Shown: positions 24,081-38,009, numbered from the stretch's first letter. The stretch: DNA of 64,000 bases from Malacoraja senta (GCA_038087875.1 CM075991.1:2232001-2296000), one strand, 5' to 3'. Program-made: numbers and translations. The notes: a model not told the origin generated them from the sequence alone.

Positions 24081-24760
24081 AAGAAGGAACTGCAGATGCT
24101 GGAGAAATCGAAGGTACACAATAATGCTGGAGAAACTCAGCGGGTGAGGCAGCATCTATGGAGAGAGGGAATAGGCGACATTTCGGGTCGAGATCCTTGT
24201 TCAGATGGATTCGGGGGAGGGGGCAGAAAAAAGAAAAGAAAGTTGGAGGAGACTAGGACTGTGGAAGAGCCGGGATGAGGAGGGGAAGGAGGGAGAAAGC
24301 AAGGACTACCTGAAATTAGTGAAGTCAAAGTTCATACCGCTGGGGTGTAAACTACCCAAGCGAAATATGAGGTGTTGTTCCTCCAATGCCTCTCCCTGAC
24401 AATGGAAGAGGCCCAGGACAGAAAGGTCAGATTGGGAATGGGAGGGGGAGTTGAAGTGCTGGGCCACCGGGAGATCAGGTTGGTTAAGACGGACTGAGCA
24501 GAGGTGTTCAGCGAAACAATTGCCGAGCCTGCGCTTGGTCTCGCCAATATAGAGGAGTTGACACCTGGAACAGCGGATGCAGTAGATGAGGTTGGAGGAG
24601 GTGCAGGTGAACCTCTGCCTCACCTGGAAAGACTGCTTGGGTCCTTGGATGGAGTCAAGGGGGGGAGATAAAGGGCCAGGTGTTGCATCTCCTGCGGTTG
24701 CAAGGGACAAATTGACCTGGTGCCTGTCCCGCTGAATTACTCCAGCTTTTTGTGTCTATC
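24081..24760 (-). mobile_element. Penelope-like element with GIY-YIG endonuclease and inverted 5' terminal-repeat piece
   Basis: ORF 24306-24710 FTCTSSNLIYCIRCSRCQLLYIGETKRRL; inverted repeat piece at 24721-24760. Confidence 0.85.
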
Positions 24761-24910
24761 ATTAAGATAAAGTCCAGTAATGTCTAATTAAAGGTAGGCT
24801 TCTGAATGGTCGTCCCATAAGCTAGGGTACTGTCCGATTCACCTCTACCCCATTGCGGACATTGGACTTTGTCTCTGGAACTGATGCGCTACAATGCTGA
24901 GAACTATATT

Positions 24911-25724
24911 AATGTGAGGTTATCCACTTTGGTGGCAAAAACAGGAAAGCAGACTATTATCTAAATGGTGGCCGATTAGGAAAAGGGGAGATGCAGCGAG
25001 ACCTGGGTGTCATGGTACACCAGTCATTGAAAGTAGGCATGCAGGTGCAGCAGGCAGTGAAGAAAGCGAATGGTATGTTAGCTTTCATAGCAAAAGGATT
25101 TGAGTATAGGAGCAGGGAGGTTCTACTGCAGTTGTACAGGGTCTTGGTGAGACCACACCTGGAGTATTGCGTACAGTTTTGGTCTCCAAATCTGAGGAAG
25201 GACATTATAGCCATAGAGGGAGTGCAGAGAAGGTTCACCAGACTGATTACTGGGATGTCAGGACTTTCATATGAAGAAAGACTGGATAGACTTGACTTAT
25301 ACTCGCTAGAATTTAGGAGATTGAGAGGGGATCTTATAGAAACGTACAAAATTCTTATGGGGTTGGACAGGCTAGATGCAGGAAGATTGTTCCCAATATT
25401 GGGGAAGTCCAGGACAAGGGGTCACAGCTTAAGGATAAGGGGGAAATCCTTTAAGTCCGAGATGAGAAAAAACGTTTTCACACAGAGAGTGGTGAATCTC
25501 TGGAACTCTCTGCCACAGAGGGTAGTTGAGGCCAGTTCATTGGCTATATTTAAGAGGGAGTTAGATGTGGCCCTTGTGGCTAAAGGGATCAGGGGGTATG
25601 GAGAGAAGGCAGGTACGGGATACTGAGTTGGATGATCAGCCATGATCATATTGAATGGCGGTGCAGGCTCGAAGGGCCGAATGGTCTACTCCTGCATCTA
25701 TTTTCTATGTATCTATGTATCTAT
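24911..25724 (+). mobile_element. Young CR1 3' fragment
   Basis: ORF 24991-25626 almost identical to the C-terminal part of the 800-aa ORF. Confidence 0.95.
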
Positions 25725-26669
25725 TCTGCACTCTGTATCTTCCCCTTTGCTCTATCTGTTGTACTGGAGTTTGACTTGAATGTACTTATGTCTAGTATTA
25801 TCTGATCTGTTTGGATAGCTTACAAAGCAAAGCTTTTCATTGCAGCTAGATCTACGTGACAAGAATAGCCTTAAACCTAAAGCTAAACAACACATGGCAC
25901 AAAAGAAACATTCGCTAACATTTGTTTAAATACTGACTGAGAAAATCTGCTGATCTATTCATGACAGTTTTCAAAGGAGAGGGATATTTCCAGTGGAAAT
26001 TCTTTTCTTCAACGTCAACAATCTAAATTAAATCCAGGTTATCAACGTCAATATTTCTCTGGAGCTACAGAGGCTGAGTGGAGACCTGATAGAAGTACTT
26101 TCAACTAGGAGCGGCTTTGAAAGGTTGGACAGTCAGAATCTTTTCCCGAAGGTAGAAATGTGAAAGATTCAGGGGCACAGCTATAAGGTGAGAGTTCAGT
26201 TTAGTTTAGTTTATTGTCACGTGGACAGAGGTACAGTGAAAAACGTTTGTTGCGTGCGAACCAGTCAGCAGAAAGACAATACATGATTACAATCGAGCCA
26301 TTCACTGTGTATAGATACATGATAAGGGAATAATGTTTAGTGCAAGGTAAAGCCAGCAAAGTCCCATCAAGGATAGCGGAAAAGTTTAAAGGCAATGTAC
26401 AGGGCAAGTATTTTTACACAGAGGGTGGTGGTGGAGGCAGATACGATAGTGGCATTTAAGAGGCTTAAACAAATATGTTTAAATAGATATGCACATGTAA
26501 ACGCAGGGATATGGATCATGTGCAGGGTGAGGAGATTAGTTTAATGTGGCCTTATGTTCAGCACGGACATAGTGAACCGAAGGGCCTGTTTCTATGCTGT
26601 TCTGTACAGATCTATGTTCTATGTGTAAACAAGAGGTTTTGCCTTCAACCAGTCCAAAATGTTTTCCAG

Positions 26670-26965
26670 TTTAGAAATACAGCATGGAAACAGGCCATTC
26701 GGCCTGCAAATCCACACTGACCATCGATCACCCATTCACACTAGATTTTATATTATCCCACTTTCACATCCACTCCGTACACACTGAGGGTAATTTTACA
26801 AACCCACGCATCGTTCGGCTGTGGGAGGAAGCCGGAGCTCCGGGAGGAAACCCACGCGGTCACAGGGAGAACGTTCAAACTCCACACGCAGACAGCACCC
26901 GAGGTCAGGATCGAACCCGGGTCTCCGGCGCTGTGAGGCAGCAGCTCTACCCACTGCGCCACCGT
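26670..26965 (-). mobile_element. HE1-type SINE
   Basis: Reverse complement cacggtggcgcagtgggtagagctgctgcctcacagcgccggagacccgggttcgatcc. Confidence 0.85.
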
Positions 26966-28726
26966 GATTCTACCAGCTCAGAATGTCAACCCTCCAAGCT
27001 TGATATCTATTGTGAGAGAGCAAGAATGAGATCAGGGCCTGGAATGATCAGACACACTCTGCTGCTTGTTTGCAAACCACTCGGAGAACGGCATTGCATT
27101 CCAAAATTAGTACGGCTCTCGTCACGAGGCAGGGCAGTGAGGGGGTGGGACGGGAACTCTTGCCTTTAATAACAAGCTTGAATAATGAACTGGCAAGCAG
27201 AGCCTACGTGGCTAACTATCCAGTCCCAAGTTCAACTGCACACACGGGGTCAGCTGAGTTAATGAGGAGTTAGTGGGAGCGCTAATACTGGCAATGTTTA
27301 CTGCAGAGACAGTTGTCACGTAGCTTCCCAGCAGAACACAGTGTCTCTGCCAATGCGCCACATCTGATTCTCCCCCGTTTAACCCTGCCCTGTACCGGCG
27401 CGGTGACGTTTGGCCGTGTGGGAGCCGTGCTTTCCCACTACTGCCATTGGCTAGTGTGACTGGCACAGCACAAGACAAAACATATTTGAAAGCAATTGCT
27501 ACGAAAAAGAAATGTCATAAGTTCATAAGCCATAGGAGCAGAATTAGGCCATAAGGCCCATCGAGTCTGCTCCACCATTTGATCATGGCTGATCTATTTT
27601 TCCCTCTCAACCCCATTCTCCTGCCTTCTCCCCATAACCTTTGATCCTCAGACTAATCAAGAACTGATCAAGATTGTGTGGCTCGGTCGTGCAGCGGTAG
27701 AGTTGCTGCCTGACAGCGCCAGAGACCAGGGTTTGATCCTGAGTAAGAACGCTGTCTGTACGGAGTTTGCACGTTCTCCCCGTGACTGCATGGGTTTTCT
27801 CTGGGTACTCCAGTTTCCTCCTACACTCCAAAGATGTACAGGTTTGTAGGTTAATTGGCTTTGGTAAATTGTCTCTAGTAGTCTAAGTCTGTATCTGTGC
27901 CTTCTCATCCTAGACACTCCCACTATTGGGTATTTTTCAATGAGGTCCCCCTCATCCTTCTAAACTCCAGTGCATCAAACGCTCAATATTTGTCAATATT
28001 AATTCTGATTTGATCCATCCTCACACTTACTAAGTTAAATTTGCAGAAGACATAAGGACATAGGTATATCTATTCTACTTGAGTTTGATTGGATTGTATT
28101 TATGTATAGTATTATCTGATCTGTTGGATAGCTTGCAAGACAAAGCTTTTCACTGTAGCTCGGTACGTGTGAGTAATAAACCAAAGTTTCAAGGATATGT
28201 GCAGGGCAATATTTTAGGTTTAGGTTCGTTATTGTCACATGTACCGAGGTACAGTAAAAAGCTTTGTTTGCATTTTATCCAAATAGTTTAGCTATACCAT
28301 ACATGAATGCAATCAGTTCAAGAGACTGCATATGCTGGAAGCTTGTGAAACACTAAATACTGGAAGAACTCAGTGAATCAGGCAGCATCCGTAGAGGGAA
28401 ATGGACAAATATAGAAGACTATGTTACTACAACCCAACCAAACTCAAGTACAATAGCTAGCGCAAAGGAGAAGATATTTTACACAGAGGGTGGTGGGTGC
28501 TTAGAACACGCTACCAGGGGTGGTGGTGGAGGCAGATGTGACATTGGCATTTAAGAGTCTTTTAGATAGGCACATGGATAGCAGGGAATAGAGGGATATG
28601 GATCATGTGCAGGCAGATGAGATTAATTTTTCTTGGCATCATGTTTGATGAGCCTGTCCTATATTCTAAAATCCTATGCCTTGACAATAAAACATAATAG
28701 GATCAGTAGGCAACTCTGCCCATCAA

Positions 28727-29900
28727 GCCTTTGATAAAGTCCCACACAGAAGATTAGTGGGCAAAATTAGAGCACGTGGTATTGGGGGTAGGGTATTGAC
28801 ATGGATAAAAAATTGGTTGGCAGACAGGAAACAAAGAGTAGGAATTAACAGGTCCCTTTCAAAATGGCAGCAGTGACTAGTGGGGTGCCGCAAGGCTCGG
28901 TGCTGGGACCGCAGCTATTTACAATATATATTAATGATTTAGATGAAGGAATTATAAGTAACATTAGCAAATTTGCAGATGACACAAAGCTGGGTGGCAG
29001 TGTGAACTGTGAGGAGGATGCTATGAGGATGCAGGGTAACTTGGACAGGTTGGGTGAGTGGGCAGAAGCATGGCAGATGGAGTATAATGTGGATAAATGT
29101 GAGATTATCTACTTTGGTGGCAAAACAGGAAGGCAGATTATTATCTGAATTGTGTCAAGTTGGGAAAAGAGGAAGTACAACAGCTTCTGGGGGTCCTTGT
29201 TCATCTGTCAATGAAAGTAAGCATGCAGGTACAGCAGGCAGTGAAGAAAGCAAATGGCATGTTGTCCTTTATAAACATTGGAGTTGAGTATAGGAGCAAA
29301 GAGGTCCTTCTGCAGTTGTACAGGGCCCTGGTGAGACCACATCTGGAGTATTTTATGCAGTTTCGGTCTAATTTGAGGAAGGACATTCTTGCTATTGAGC
29401 GAGTGTAGCGTAGGTTCACGAGGTTAATTCCCGGGATGGTGGGACTGTCATATGAATGATAGAATGCGACTGGGCTTGTATTCGCGAATTTCGAAGGATG
29501 AGAGGATATCTTATAGAAACATCAAATTATTTAGGAATTGGACACGCTATATGCAGGAAACATGTTCCCAATGTTGGGGGAGTCCAGAACCAGGGGCCAC
29601 AGTTTAAGAATAAGGGGTAGGCCATTTAGAACTGAGATGAGGACAAACTTTTTCACACAGAGAGTTGTGAATTCGTGAATCTGTGGAATGCTCAGCCTCA
29701 GAAGGCAGTGGAGGCTGTACACTAGATGCATTAAGTTATATAGAGCTGTTACGGCTAGCGGAATCAAGGGATATGGGGAGAAGGTGGGAACAGGGTACAG
29801 ATTGTGGATGATCAGCAATGATCACATTGAATGGCGGTGCTGGCTCAAAGGGCGGAATCGCCTACTCCTGCACCTATTGTCTATGTATCTATGTATCTAT
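28727..29900 (+). mobile_element. Degraded CR1 RT 3' half
   Basis: GVPQGSVLGP..FADD in ORF 28864-29148; frameshifts downstream. Confidence 0.9.
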
Positions 29901-30584
29901 GACCCGGATGATCATGGCAGATCTGCCCTGGACCCTATCTCCTCTTCAGTGCCAGTTGCCCATCACTTCTTTCCCCCCGGATGACAATAGCAAACGCTCA
30001 TGGCCACAGTTCAAAGGAAAACATTCCATCCTACATTTCTTCCTTCTAGGTTGGGTTTAGATTTAGGTTTATTACTGTCATGTGTACCGAGGTAGTGAAA
30101 AGCTTTGTTTTGCATGCTACCCAACAGATCAGATCCTATGCGTAAATACAAGCCAAACTCAAGTACAGTAGGTAGAGCAAAGGGGAAGATACAGAGTGCA
30201 GAATATAGTTCTCAGCATTGTAGCACATCAGTTCCCAGACAAAGTCCAATGTCCACAATGGGGTTGAGGTGAATCGGACAGTATACCAGCTTATGGAAGG
30301 ACCATTCAGAAGGATGATAACAGAGGGGAAGAAGCTATCATTGTGTACAAGGGTTAAGATGCCACAGATCCTTCCTGACCTGCTGAACACAATGTTCTGT
30401 CTTTATCCCTGTAATCCATGCAGTAACATGGCAAATTCTCACACTCAGTTGGTTGAAAGTCATTGGCAGATGCCTGGGTCAGGACATGGTGAATGCCAAG
30501 GCATAAGCAAGATGGATGATCCTTTTCTCCACTTCCTGAAGCATATCTTGGAAGGCCTTAGGTTCAGGTTTAGGTTTTCACTGT

Positions 30585-31140
30585 CCCACAAAAGCATTTT
30601 ATCAGGATGCATCACAGCTTGGTTTGGGAACAGCTCCATCCAAGACCACAAGAAATTGCATAGAATTGTGGACGCAGCCCAGACCATCACACAAACCAAC
30701 CTCCCTTCCATTGATTCCGTTTACAACTCACGCTGCCTCGGCAAGGCCAGCAGCACAATCAAGGACGAGCCACACACTGGCCACACCCTCTTCTCTATTC
30801 TCCCATCGGGCAAGAGGTACAGAAGTGTGAAAACGCACACCTCCAGATTCAGGGACAGTTTCTTCCCAGCTGTTATCAGGCAACTGAACTGTCCTACCAC
30901 AACTAGAGAGATGTCCTGAACTACTATCCACCTCACTGGAGACTCTCGGACTATCTTTGATCAGACTTTACTGGCTTTATCTTGCACAAAACGCTATTCA
31001 TGTTATTCCCTTATCATGTATCTGTACACTGTGAATGGCTCTATTGTAATCATGCATTGTCTTTTCTCTGAGCGGTTAGCACACAACAAAAGCTTTTCAT
31101 TTTTCCTCGGTACACGTGAGAATAAATTAAACTCAACAAT
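30585..31140 (+). mobile_element. Rex1/Babar LINE 3' fragment
   Basis: SILSGCITAWFGN...HTLFSILPSGKRYRSV...RFRDSFFPAVIRQLN. Confidence 0.85.
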
Positions 31141-31410
31141 GCTTAACGAAACAAAATTAAAACTAAACCAACAAACAGTGAAAAGCTTTTTTTACATGCT
31201 CTCCATCAGATAATACAACACATAAACCCAATCAAGTCAAACTCCAGTACAATAGGTAGAGCAAAGGGGAAGATACAGAGTGCAGAATATAGTTCTCAGC
31301 ATTGTATTAAAGGGCACCAGTTCCAGAGACAAAGTCCAATGTCCGCAATGGGATAGAGGTGAATGGGACAGTACCCTAGCTTATGGAAGGACCGTTCAGA
31401 AGCCTGATAA

Positions 31411-32045
31411 AATAAAACAATTCCTCCAGTTTGATGACCTCGAAAAGATCATCCACACATTCATCTCCTCCCGCCTAGATTACTGCAACTCCCTTTACAC
31501 TGGCATCAGCCAATCTTCCCTGTCCCGCCTGCACCTGGTCCAAAATACCGCAGCGAGACTCCTGACGGGCACCCGAAAAAGGGACCACATCACCCCGATC
31601 CTGGCGGTTCCGTATAAACTTCAAGATCCTCCTCCATGTCTACAAAGCCCTCAATGGGCTTGCCCCACCTACATCAAAAGTCTTCTCACCGACCACTCCA
31701 CCTCCAGGCCCCTCAGATCGGCCGACTTGAGGTTGCTGAATATCCCACGGTCTAGGCATAAGCTCAGGGGCGACCGCGCCTTTGCGGTTGCAGCCCCTAG
31801 ACTGTGGAACAGCATCCCCTTTCCCAGCAGAACTGCCCCCTCCATCGACTCTTTTAAGTCAAGACTAAAAACGTATCTATACTCCCAAGCCTTTCCTGAC
31901 GTCCTCTGAGTGAGGGCTACATGTATATATGTATGTACTTTGCTTTGTTTATGCTATTCTTATAACAAATGTAAAGCACTTTGGCCAACGAGAGTTGTTT
32001 TTTAAATTTGCTATATAAATAAATGAGACTTGACTTGACTTGACT
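31411..32045 (+). mobile_element. L2-clade LINE 3' fragment
   Basis: SSRLDYCNSL..LVQNTAARLLTG..DHITPIL..GDRAFAVAAPRLWNS..FKSRLKTYL; (gactt)n tail; TSD tgataa. Confidence 0.9.
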
Positions 32046-32424
32046 TGATAACAGAGGGGACGAACCTATTCCATTATCCATGGTGAAATCAGCTTTATGC
32101 ATTGAGCAAAGTAACATGAAGAAGTGCTGATAGCTTCCCCCAGAGAAACGCTTAATTGGAAATTGGTCTTTACATAATCGAAAGTTAGTGCCAGGGACTA
32201 GAACGTGCCGAACATTTAAAGTTGGAGAGTTTCCACTTAAAGATGCAACTATAGTTCCCAAAGCTGAGACATCCATATGAAGACAGATAAGCATCAGCCA
32301 GAGGTCACGGCCCTGGGCACAGTCCAATTATCCCCATGTGCGTGGGTCAACAGAAATGGATGATTCCTTTCAATACCTTTTCAAGGTACAATATCTTGCA
32401 GCTACTGTGATTATAACACAAACA

Positions 32425-33767
32425 CATAGAAATAGGTGCGGAGTAGGCCATTCAACCATTCTAGCCATTCAATATGATCATGGCTGATCATCTAAAATCA
32501 GTACCCCGTTCCTGCTTTCCTCCCTAATCCCCTGATTCCGTTAGCCCTAAGAGGTAATTCCAACTCCCTTTTTAAAACATCCAGTGAATTGGCCTCCCTG
32601 CCTTCTGTGGCAGAGAGTTCCACAGATTCACAATTCTCTGGGTGAAACAGTTTTTCCTCATCTCAGTCCTAAATGGCCTCCCCCTTATTCTTAAACTGTG
32701 ACCCCTGGTTCTGGACTCCCCCAACATCGGGAACATTTTTCCTGCATCTAGCCTGCCCAATCCTTTAAGAATTTGATATGTTTCTATAAGATCCCCTCTC
32801 ATCCTTCTGAATTCCAGTGAATATAAGCCCAGTCGACCCATTCTTTCATCATATGTCAGTCCCGACATCCCGCGAATTAACCTGGTGAACCTACGCTGCA
32901 CGCCCTTAATAGCAATAATGTCCTTCCTCAAATTAGGAGACCAAAATTACACACAATACTCCAGCTGCGGTCTCATCTGGAGAACATGGAGCACATGGAT
33001 GGGTGACATAGATAGGTAGATCATTAATCCACCTGCACGTAATCCTTCATCAGACTGAGAGGAGCGAGTAGATAAGGAAAGGATGTATCCACTAGTAGGA
33101 GAGTCTAGGACGAGAGGTCATAGCCTCAGAATTAAAGGATGTTCCTTTCAGAAGGGAATGAGAGAGAGTTTCTTTAGTCAGAGGGTGGTGAATCTGTGGA
33201 AGTAATTGCAACAGAAGGCTATGGAGGCCAAGTCAATGGATATTATTAAAGCAGAGATAGATAGATTCTCGATTCATACGGGTGTCAGGGGTTATGGGGA
33301 GAAGGCAGGAGAATGGAGTTAGGAGAGATAGATCAGCCATGATTGAATGGCGGAGTCGACTTGAATGGCCTAATTCTGCTTCTATTCCTTATGACCTTAT
33401 GTAATGCATTTAGATTTCCAAAAGGCATTTGACAAGATGCCAGGTAACAGGCTGGTTCATAAATTAAGAGAGCAAGGTACTGAAGGACGTGTGTTGGCTT
33501 GAAAACTGGCTCTGGCATTGAGAACGAAGGTGTTGGAATCCTTTTCAGGCAGAGTGATGAGGCTGGTGAATTATCTCAGAGGTTGGTTCTTGGCTCTTCA
33601 TTTTTTAAACTATTTACATTAATGACCTGGAGCGGAGAAGGAAATGTAAGTTTTCAAGTTTTTTCTTTCCTCAAATTAGGAGACCAAAATTGCACACAAT
33701 ACTCTAGGTGCAGTCTCACCAAGGCCCTGTACAACTGCAATAGGAGTTCCTTGCTGCTAAACTCAAA
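32425..33767 (-). mobile_element. CR1 3' fragment split by a duplicated local segment
   Basis: ORF 32572-32931 continues at 33667-33767 (LLQLYRALVRLHLEYCVQFWSP). Confidence 0.8.
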
Positions 33768-33977
33768 TAACAAAGCAAGAAGGTTGGTGAAATGCAACCA
33801 AGATTTTGTTGAAGATCTAGCAAGGAAAAATGTAAAAATGCTCATATGGGAGAAAATTGATTTTGAAAGAAAACAAATATGTTATACCAAAACAAAGAGC
33901 AAGAGTTTCTCTGGATATATAAATGTGAAGGAGGTGGCCAAGGTAAGCGTGGAACCTCCAGAGAACAAAGCAGATGA

Positions 33978-34668
33978 ATCACTGAAAGTAAGCATGCAGG
34001 TACAGCGGGCAGTGAAGAAAGCTAATGGCATGTTGGCCTTCATAATGAGAGGATTTGAGTGTAGGTGTAAAGAGGTCCTACTGCAGTTGTGCAGACCACA
34101 TCTGGAGTATTGTGCGCAGTTTTGGTCTCCTAATTTGAGGAAGGACATCCTTGCTATTGAGGGAGTGCAGCGGAGGTTCACGAGGTTAAACCCCGGGACG
34201 GCGGGATTGACATATGAGGAAAGATTGAAAAGACTAGACTTGTATTCACTGGAATTTAGAAGGATGAGGGGGATCTTATAGAAACATATTAAATTATAAA
34301 AGGACTGGACAAGCTCGATGCAGGAAGAATATTCCCAATGTTGGGGGAGTCCAGAACCAGGGGCTACAGTATAAGAATAAAGGGGAGGCCATTTAAAACT
34401 GAGATGGGAAAAAACATTTTCACCCAGAGAGTTGTGAATTTGTGGAATTCTTGACTACGGAAGGCAGTGGAGGCCAAATCACTGGATGAATTTAAAAGAG
34501 AGTTAGATGGAGCTCTTGGGGTTAGAGGAATCAAGGGATATGGGGAGAAGGCAGGCACGGGTTATTGATAATCGATGATCAGCCATGATCACAATGAATG
34601 GTGGTGCTGGCTCAAAGGGCCGAATGGCCTCCTCCTGCACCTGTTTTCTGTGTTTCTATGTTTCTATG
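33978..34668 (+). mobile_element. CR1 3' fragment
   Basis: SLKVSMQVQRAVKKANGMLAFI...; 3' tail. Confidence 0.9.
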
Positions 34669-34817
34669 TTAATAATGGGAAAGGAACAACAAAGTGGCAG
34701 ATATTTTAAATCAATTTTTTTGACCGCGAGGAACACTGCAAATATTCTTGCGGTGGGAGACAGGATAATTTCAAATAGCAGGGATTGTAATGATCCTGAT
34801 AACAAGGGATAAAGTGT

Positions 34818-35322
34818 AAGTAAGTAAGTAAGTAAGTAAGTTTATTGGCCAAGTATTCACATACAAGGAATTTGCCTTGGTGCTCCGCCCACAAGTAACA
34901 ACATGACATACAGTGACAGTTACGAATGACTCAGAATGACTAAATATTAATAATAATAAAACATTAATGCTAAAACACAATTGATCAAGCATGTGAACCA
35001 ACAAAATACCAGATCAAAGGGAGGCTACAGATTTTTGGCTGTTGAGTAGAGCAACTACTCGTGGATAAAAATGTTTTTATGTCTGGCTGTGGCAACTTTG
35101 ACAATCCGGAGTCGCCTTCCAGAGGGAAGTGATTCAAAGAGTTTGTGGCCAGGGTGAGAGGGGTCAGAGATGATCTTGCCCGCTCGCTTCCTGGCCCTTG
35201 CAGTGTACAGTTCATCAATGGAGGGAAGGTTGCAGCCAATAACCTTCATTGCCTGTGGCTGATTGTGCTTCCTCAGCTGCCGTAGGAAGTACATCCTCTG
35301 TTGTGCCTTTTTGACTGTGGAG
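34818..35322 (-). mobile_element. Rex1/Babar LINE 3' fragment
   Basis: KKAQQRMYFLRQLRK...DPSHPGHKLFESLPSGRR; (ttac)n tail; TSD aaagtgt. Confidence 0.85.
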
Positions 35323-35614
35323 AAAGTGTTCGAGAAACTCACAGGGATAAAGGCGAACACATCACTGGGACCCGAGGGACAGTGCCAAGGGATTTGTAGG
35401 ATGTGGCTGGATGTGGATAATGGATCTTTTGTTGTAATTTACCAAACCTTGTTAAATTCCAGGATTGTGCAGGAGCCTGGAAAACAGCCAAACGACTCCC
35501 TCGTTCAAAAGGGAGGTCAACAGAAAGCTGGGAACTGTGGGGCGGAACATTTAACATCTGGGGCTGGCAAGATGTCAGAGTCAATAATCAAAGAGAAAAT
35601 CATTAATCATGTAG

Positions 35615-35935
35615 GGCGGCACGGTGGCGCAACGGTAGAGTCGTTGCCTCACAGTGCTTGCAGCGGTGGAGACGGGGGTTCGATCCCGACTACGGTTGCT
35701 GAGTGTACGGAGTTTGTACATTCTCCCCGTGACCACGTGGGTTTTCTCCGAGATCTTGGATTTCATCCCACACTCCAAAGACATACAGGTTTGTAGTTTA
35801 ATTGGCTTGGTGGAATAAATGTAAAAATTGCCCCTAGTGTGTGTCGGGTAGTGTTAATGTGCGCGGATTGCTGGTCGGCGCGGACCCGGTGGGCCGAAGG
35901 GCCTGTTTCCGCGCTGTATCTCTAAACTGAACTAA
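35615..35935 (+). mobile_element. HE1-type SINE, full length
   Basis: ggcggcacggtggcgcaacggtagag head, ggttcgatccc box B, core, tail. Confidence 0.9.
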
Positions 35936-38009
35936 AAAAAAAAGAAAGCTGAATCTGGTCAATCCTTGTCAACATGGTTTTAAATAAGGTAAATCTAGTT
36001 TGACAAATTTTGCTTGAATTCTCTAACAGGAGGAGGTAATAGCGGAGAGAAATAAGGAACTGCAGATGCTGGTTTGCCCACAAAACACAAAGTGCTGGAG
36101 TAACTAAGCAGGTCAGGCATCATCTTTGGAGAACAAGGATAGATGACGTTTTGGGTCGGAACCCTTCTTCAGACTGATTATAGTTGGGGGAATACGTAGC
36201 CTAGCAAGTGATAGGTGGATACGGATGAGGGGGATTTGATTGGTAGATGGTTGGACAAAGGCCAGAGATGAAAAGAAGACAAAGGCTGTAAGATAAGAAG
36301 AGGAGTTAAATGTGAAGCCAGAGGAAGGGATCTAGGAAAAAGGAGACCTAGAAAAAGACCCGGGAACATATAGATGTAAGATGAAACAAAGAATTGCAGA
36401 TGCTGGTTTACACAAAAGAACACAAGATGCTGGAGTAACTCAGCGGGTCAGGCAGCATCTCTGGAGAACATGGAGCACATGGATGGGTGACATGGATAGG
36501 TAGATCATTGATCCTTCTTCAGACTGAGAGGAGCGAGTAGATATGAAGAGGATGTTTCCACTAGTGGGAGAGTCTAGGACGAGAGGTCATAGCCTCAGAA
36601 TTAAAGGACGTTCCTTTATGAAGGAGATAAGAAGGAATTTCTTTAGTCAGAAGGTGGTGAATCTGTGGAATTCATTGGAACAGAAGGCTGTGGAGGCCTT
36701 CAATGGATATTGTTAAAGCAGAGATAGATAGATTCCCGATTCGTACGGGTGTCTGGGGTTGGGGAGAAAGGAGGAGAATGGGGTTAGGAGGGAGAGATGG
36801 ATCATCCATGATTGAATGGCGGAGTAGACATGCTGGGCCGAATGGCCTAATTCTGCTCCTATTCCTTATGACCTTATGTAATGCATTTAGATTTCCAAAA
36901 GGCATTTGACAAGATGCCAGGTAACAGGCTGGTTCATAAATTAAGAGAGCAAGGTACTGAAGGACGTGTGTTGGCTTGAAAACTGGCTCTGGCATTGAGA
37001 ACGAAGGAGTTGGAATCCTTCTTAGGCAGAGTGTTGAGGCTGGTGAATTATCTCAGAGGTTGGTTCTTGGCTCTTCATGTTTTTAACTATTTACATTAAT
37101 GACCTGGAGGGGAGAATGAAATGTAAGTTTTTCAAGTTTGCCGGTGATGTGAAAATAGCTGGGAGATGAGTTTGTGATAAGGACTATGATTCTGCAATGG
37201 GAAATACTAGATAGATCGAGTGTTTGGAGTTTAGTTTTGTTTAGTTTAATTTAGTTTAGATACAGTACAGAGCAGAAACAAACCCTTCGGCCCACCGAGT
37301 CCGCCACATATTGACACTATCCTGCACACACTAGGGACAAATTTATATTTTATATATTCCGAGCCAATTAACCTATAAACCTGTACGTCTTTGGAGTGTG
37401 GGAGGAAACCGAAGATCTCGGAGAAAACCCACGCAGGTCACGTGGAGAAAGTACAAACTCTGTAAAGACAGTCAGGATCGAACCCGGGTCTCTGACGCTA
37501 TACGGTAGCAACTCTACCGCTACGCCACCATGTCATGTTAATGAGATGAGGAAAGTCTTCTTCACCCTGAGAGTTGTGAATCTGTGGAATTCTCTGCCAC
37601 AGAAGGTAGTGGAGGCCAATTCACTGGATGTTTTCAAGAGAGAGTTAAATTTAGCTCTTAGGGCTGACGGAATCAAGGGATATGGGGAGAAAGCAGGAAG
37701 AAGGTACTGATTTAGGATGATCAGCCATGATCATATTGAATGGCAGTGCTGGCTCAAAGGGCCGAATGGCCTACTCCTACACATATTTTCTATGTTTGTA
37801 TGTTTCTAATGTGGGGAAGAGTGTGGTCATGCACTTTGGTAAGAGGAATGGAGAATCAGATGACTATCTAAATGGAGAGAGACAACATGTGGGCAAAGTT
37901 TACAGGGATTGAGGTGATCAGGTGGAAGAATCACAAATGTTTGAGACACAAGAGATTACAGATGGTGGCAAACCAAAGTCCAATAAAGCAGCACCATGAT
38001 CTCCTGACT

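Noticed and set aside
33499..34281. 260-aa ORF
   Set aside because: Chance fusion of sense and antisense CR1 fragments and a duplicated segment
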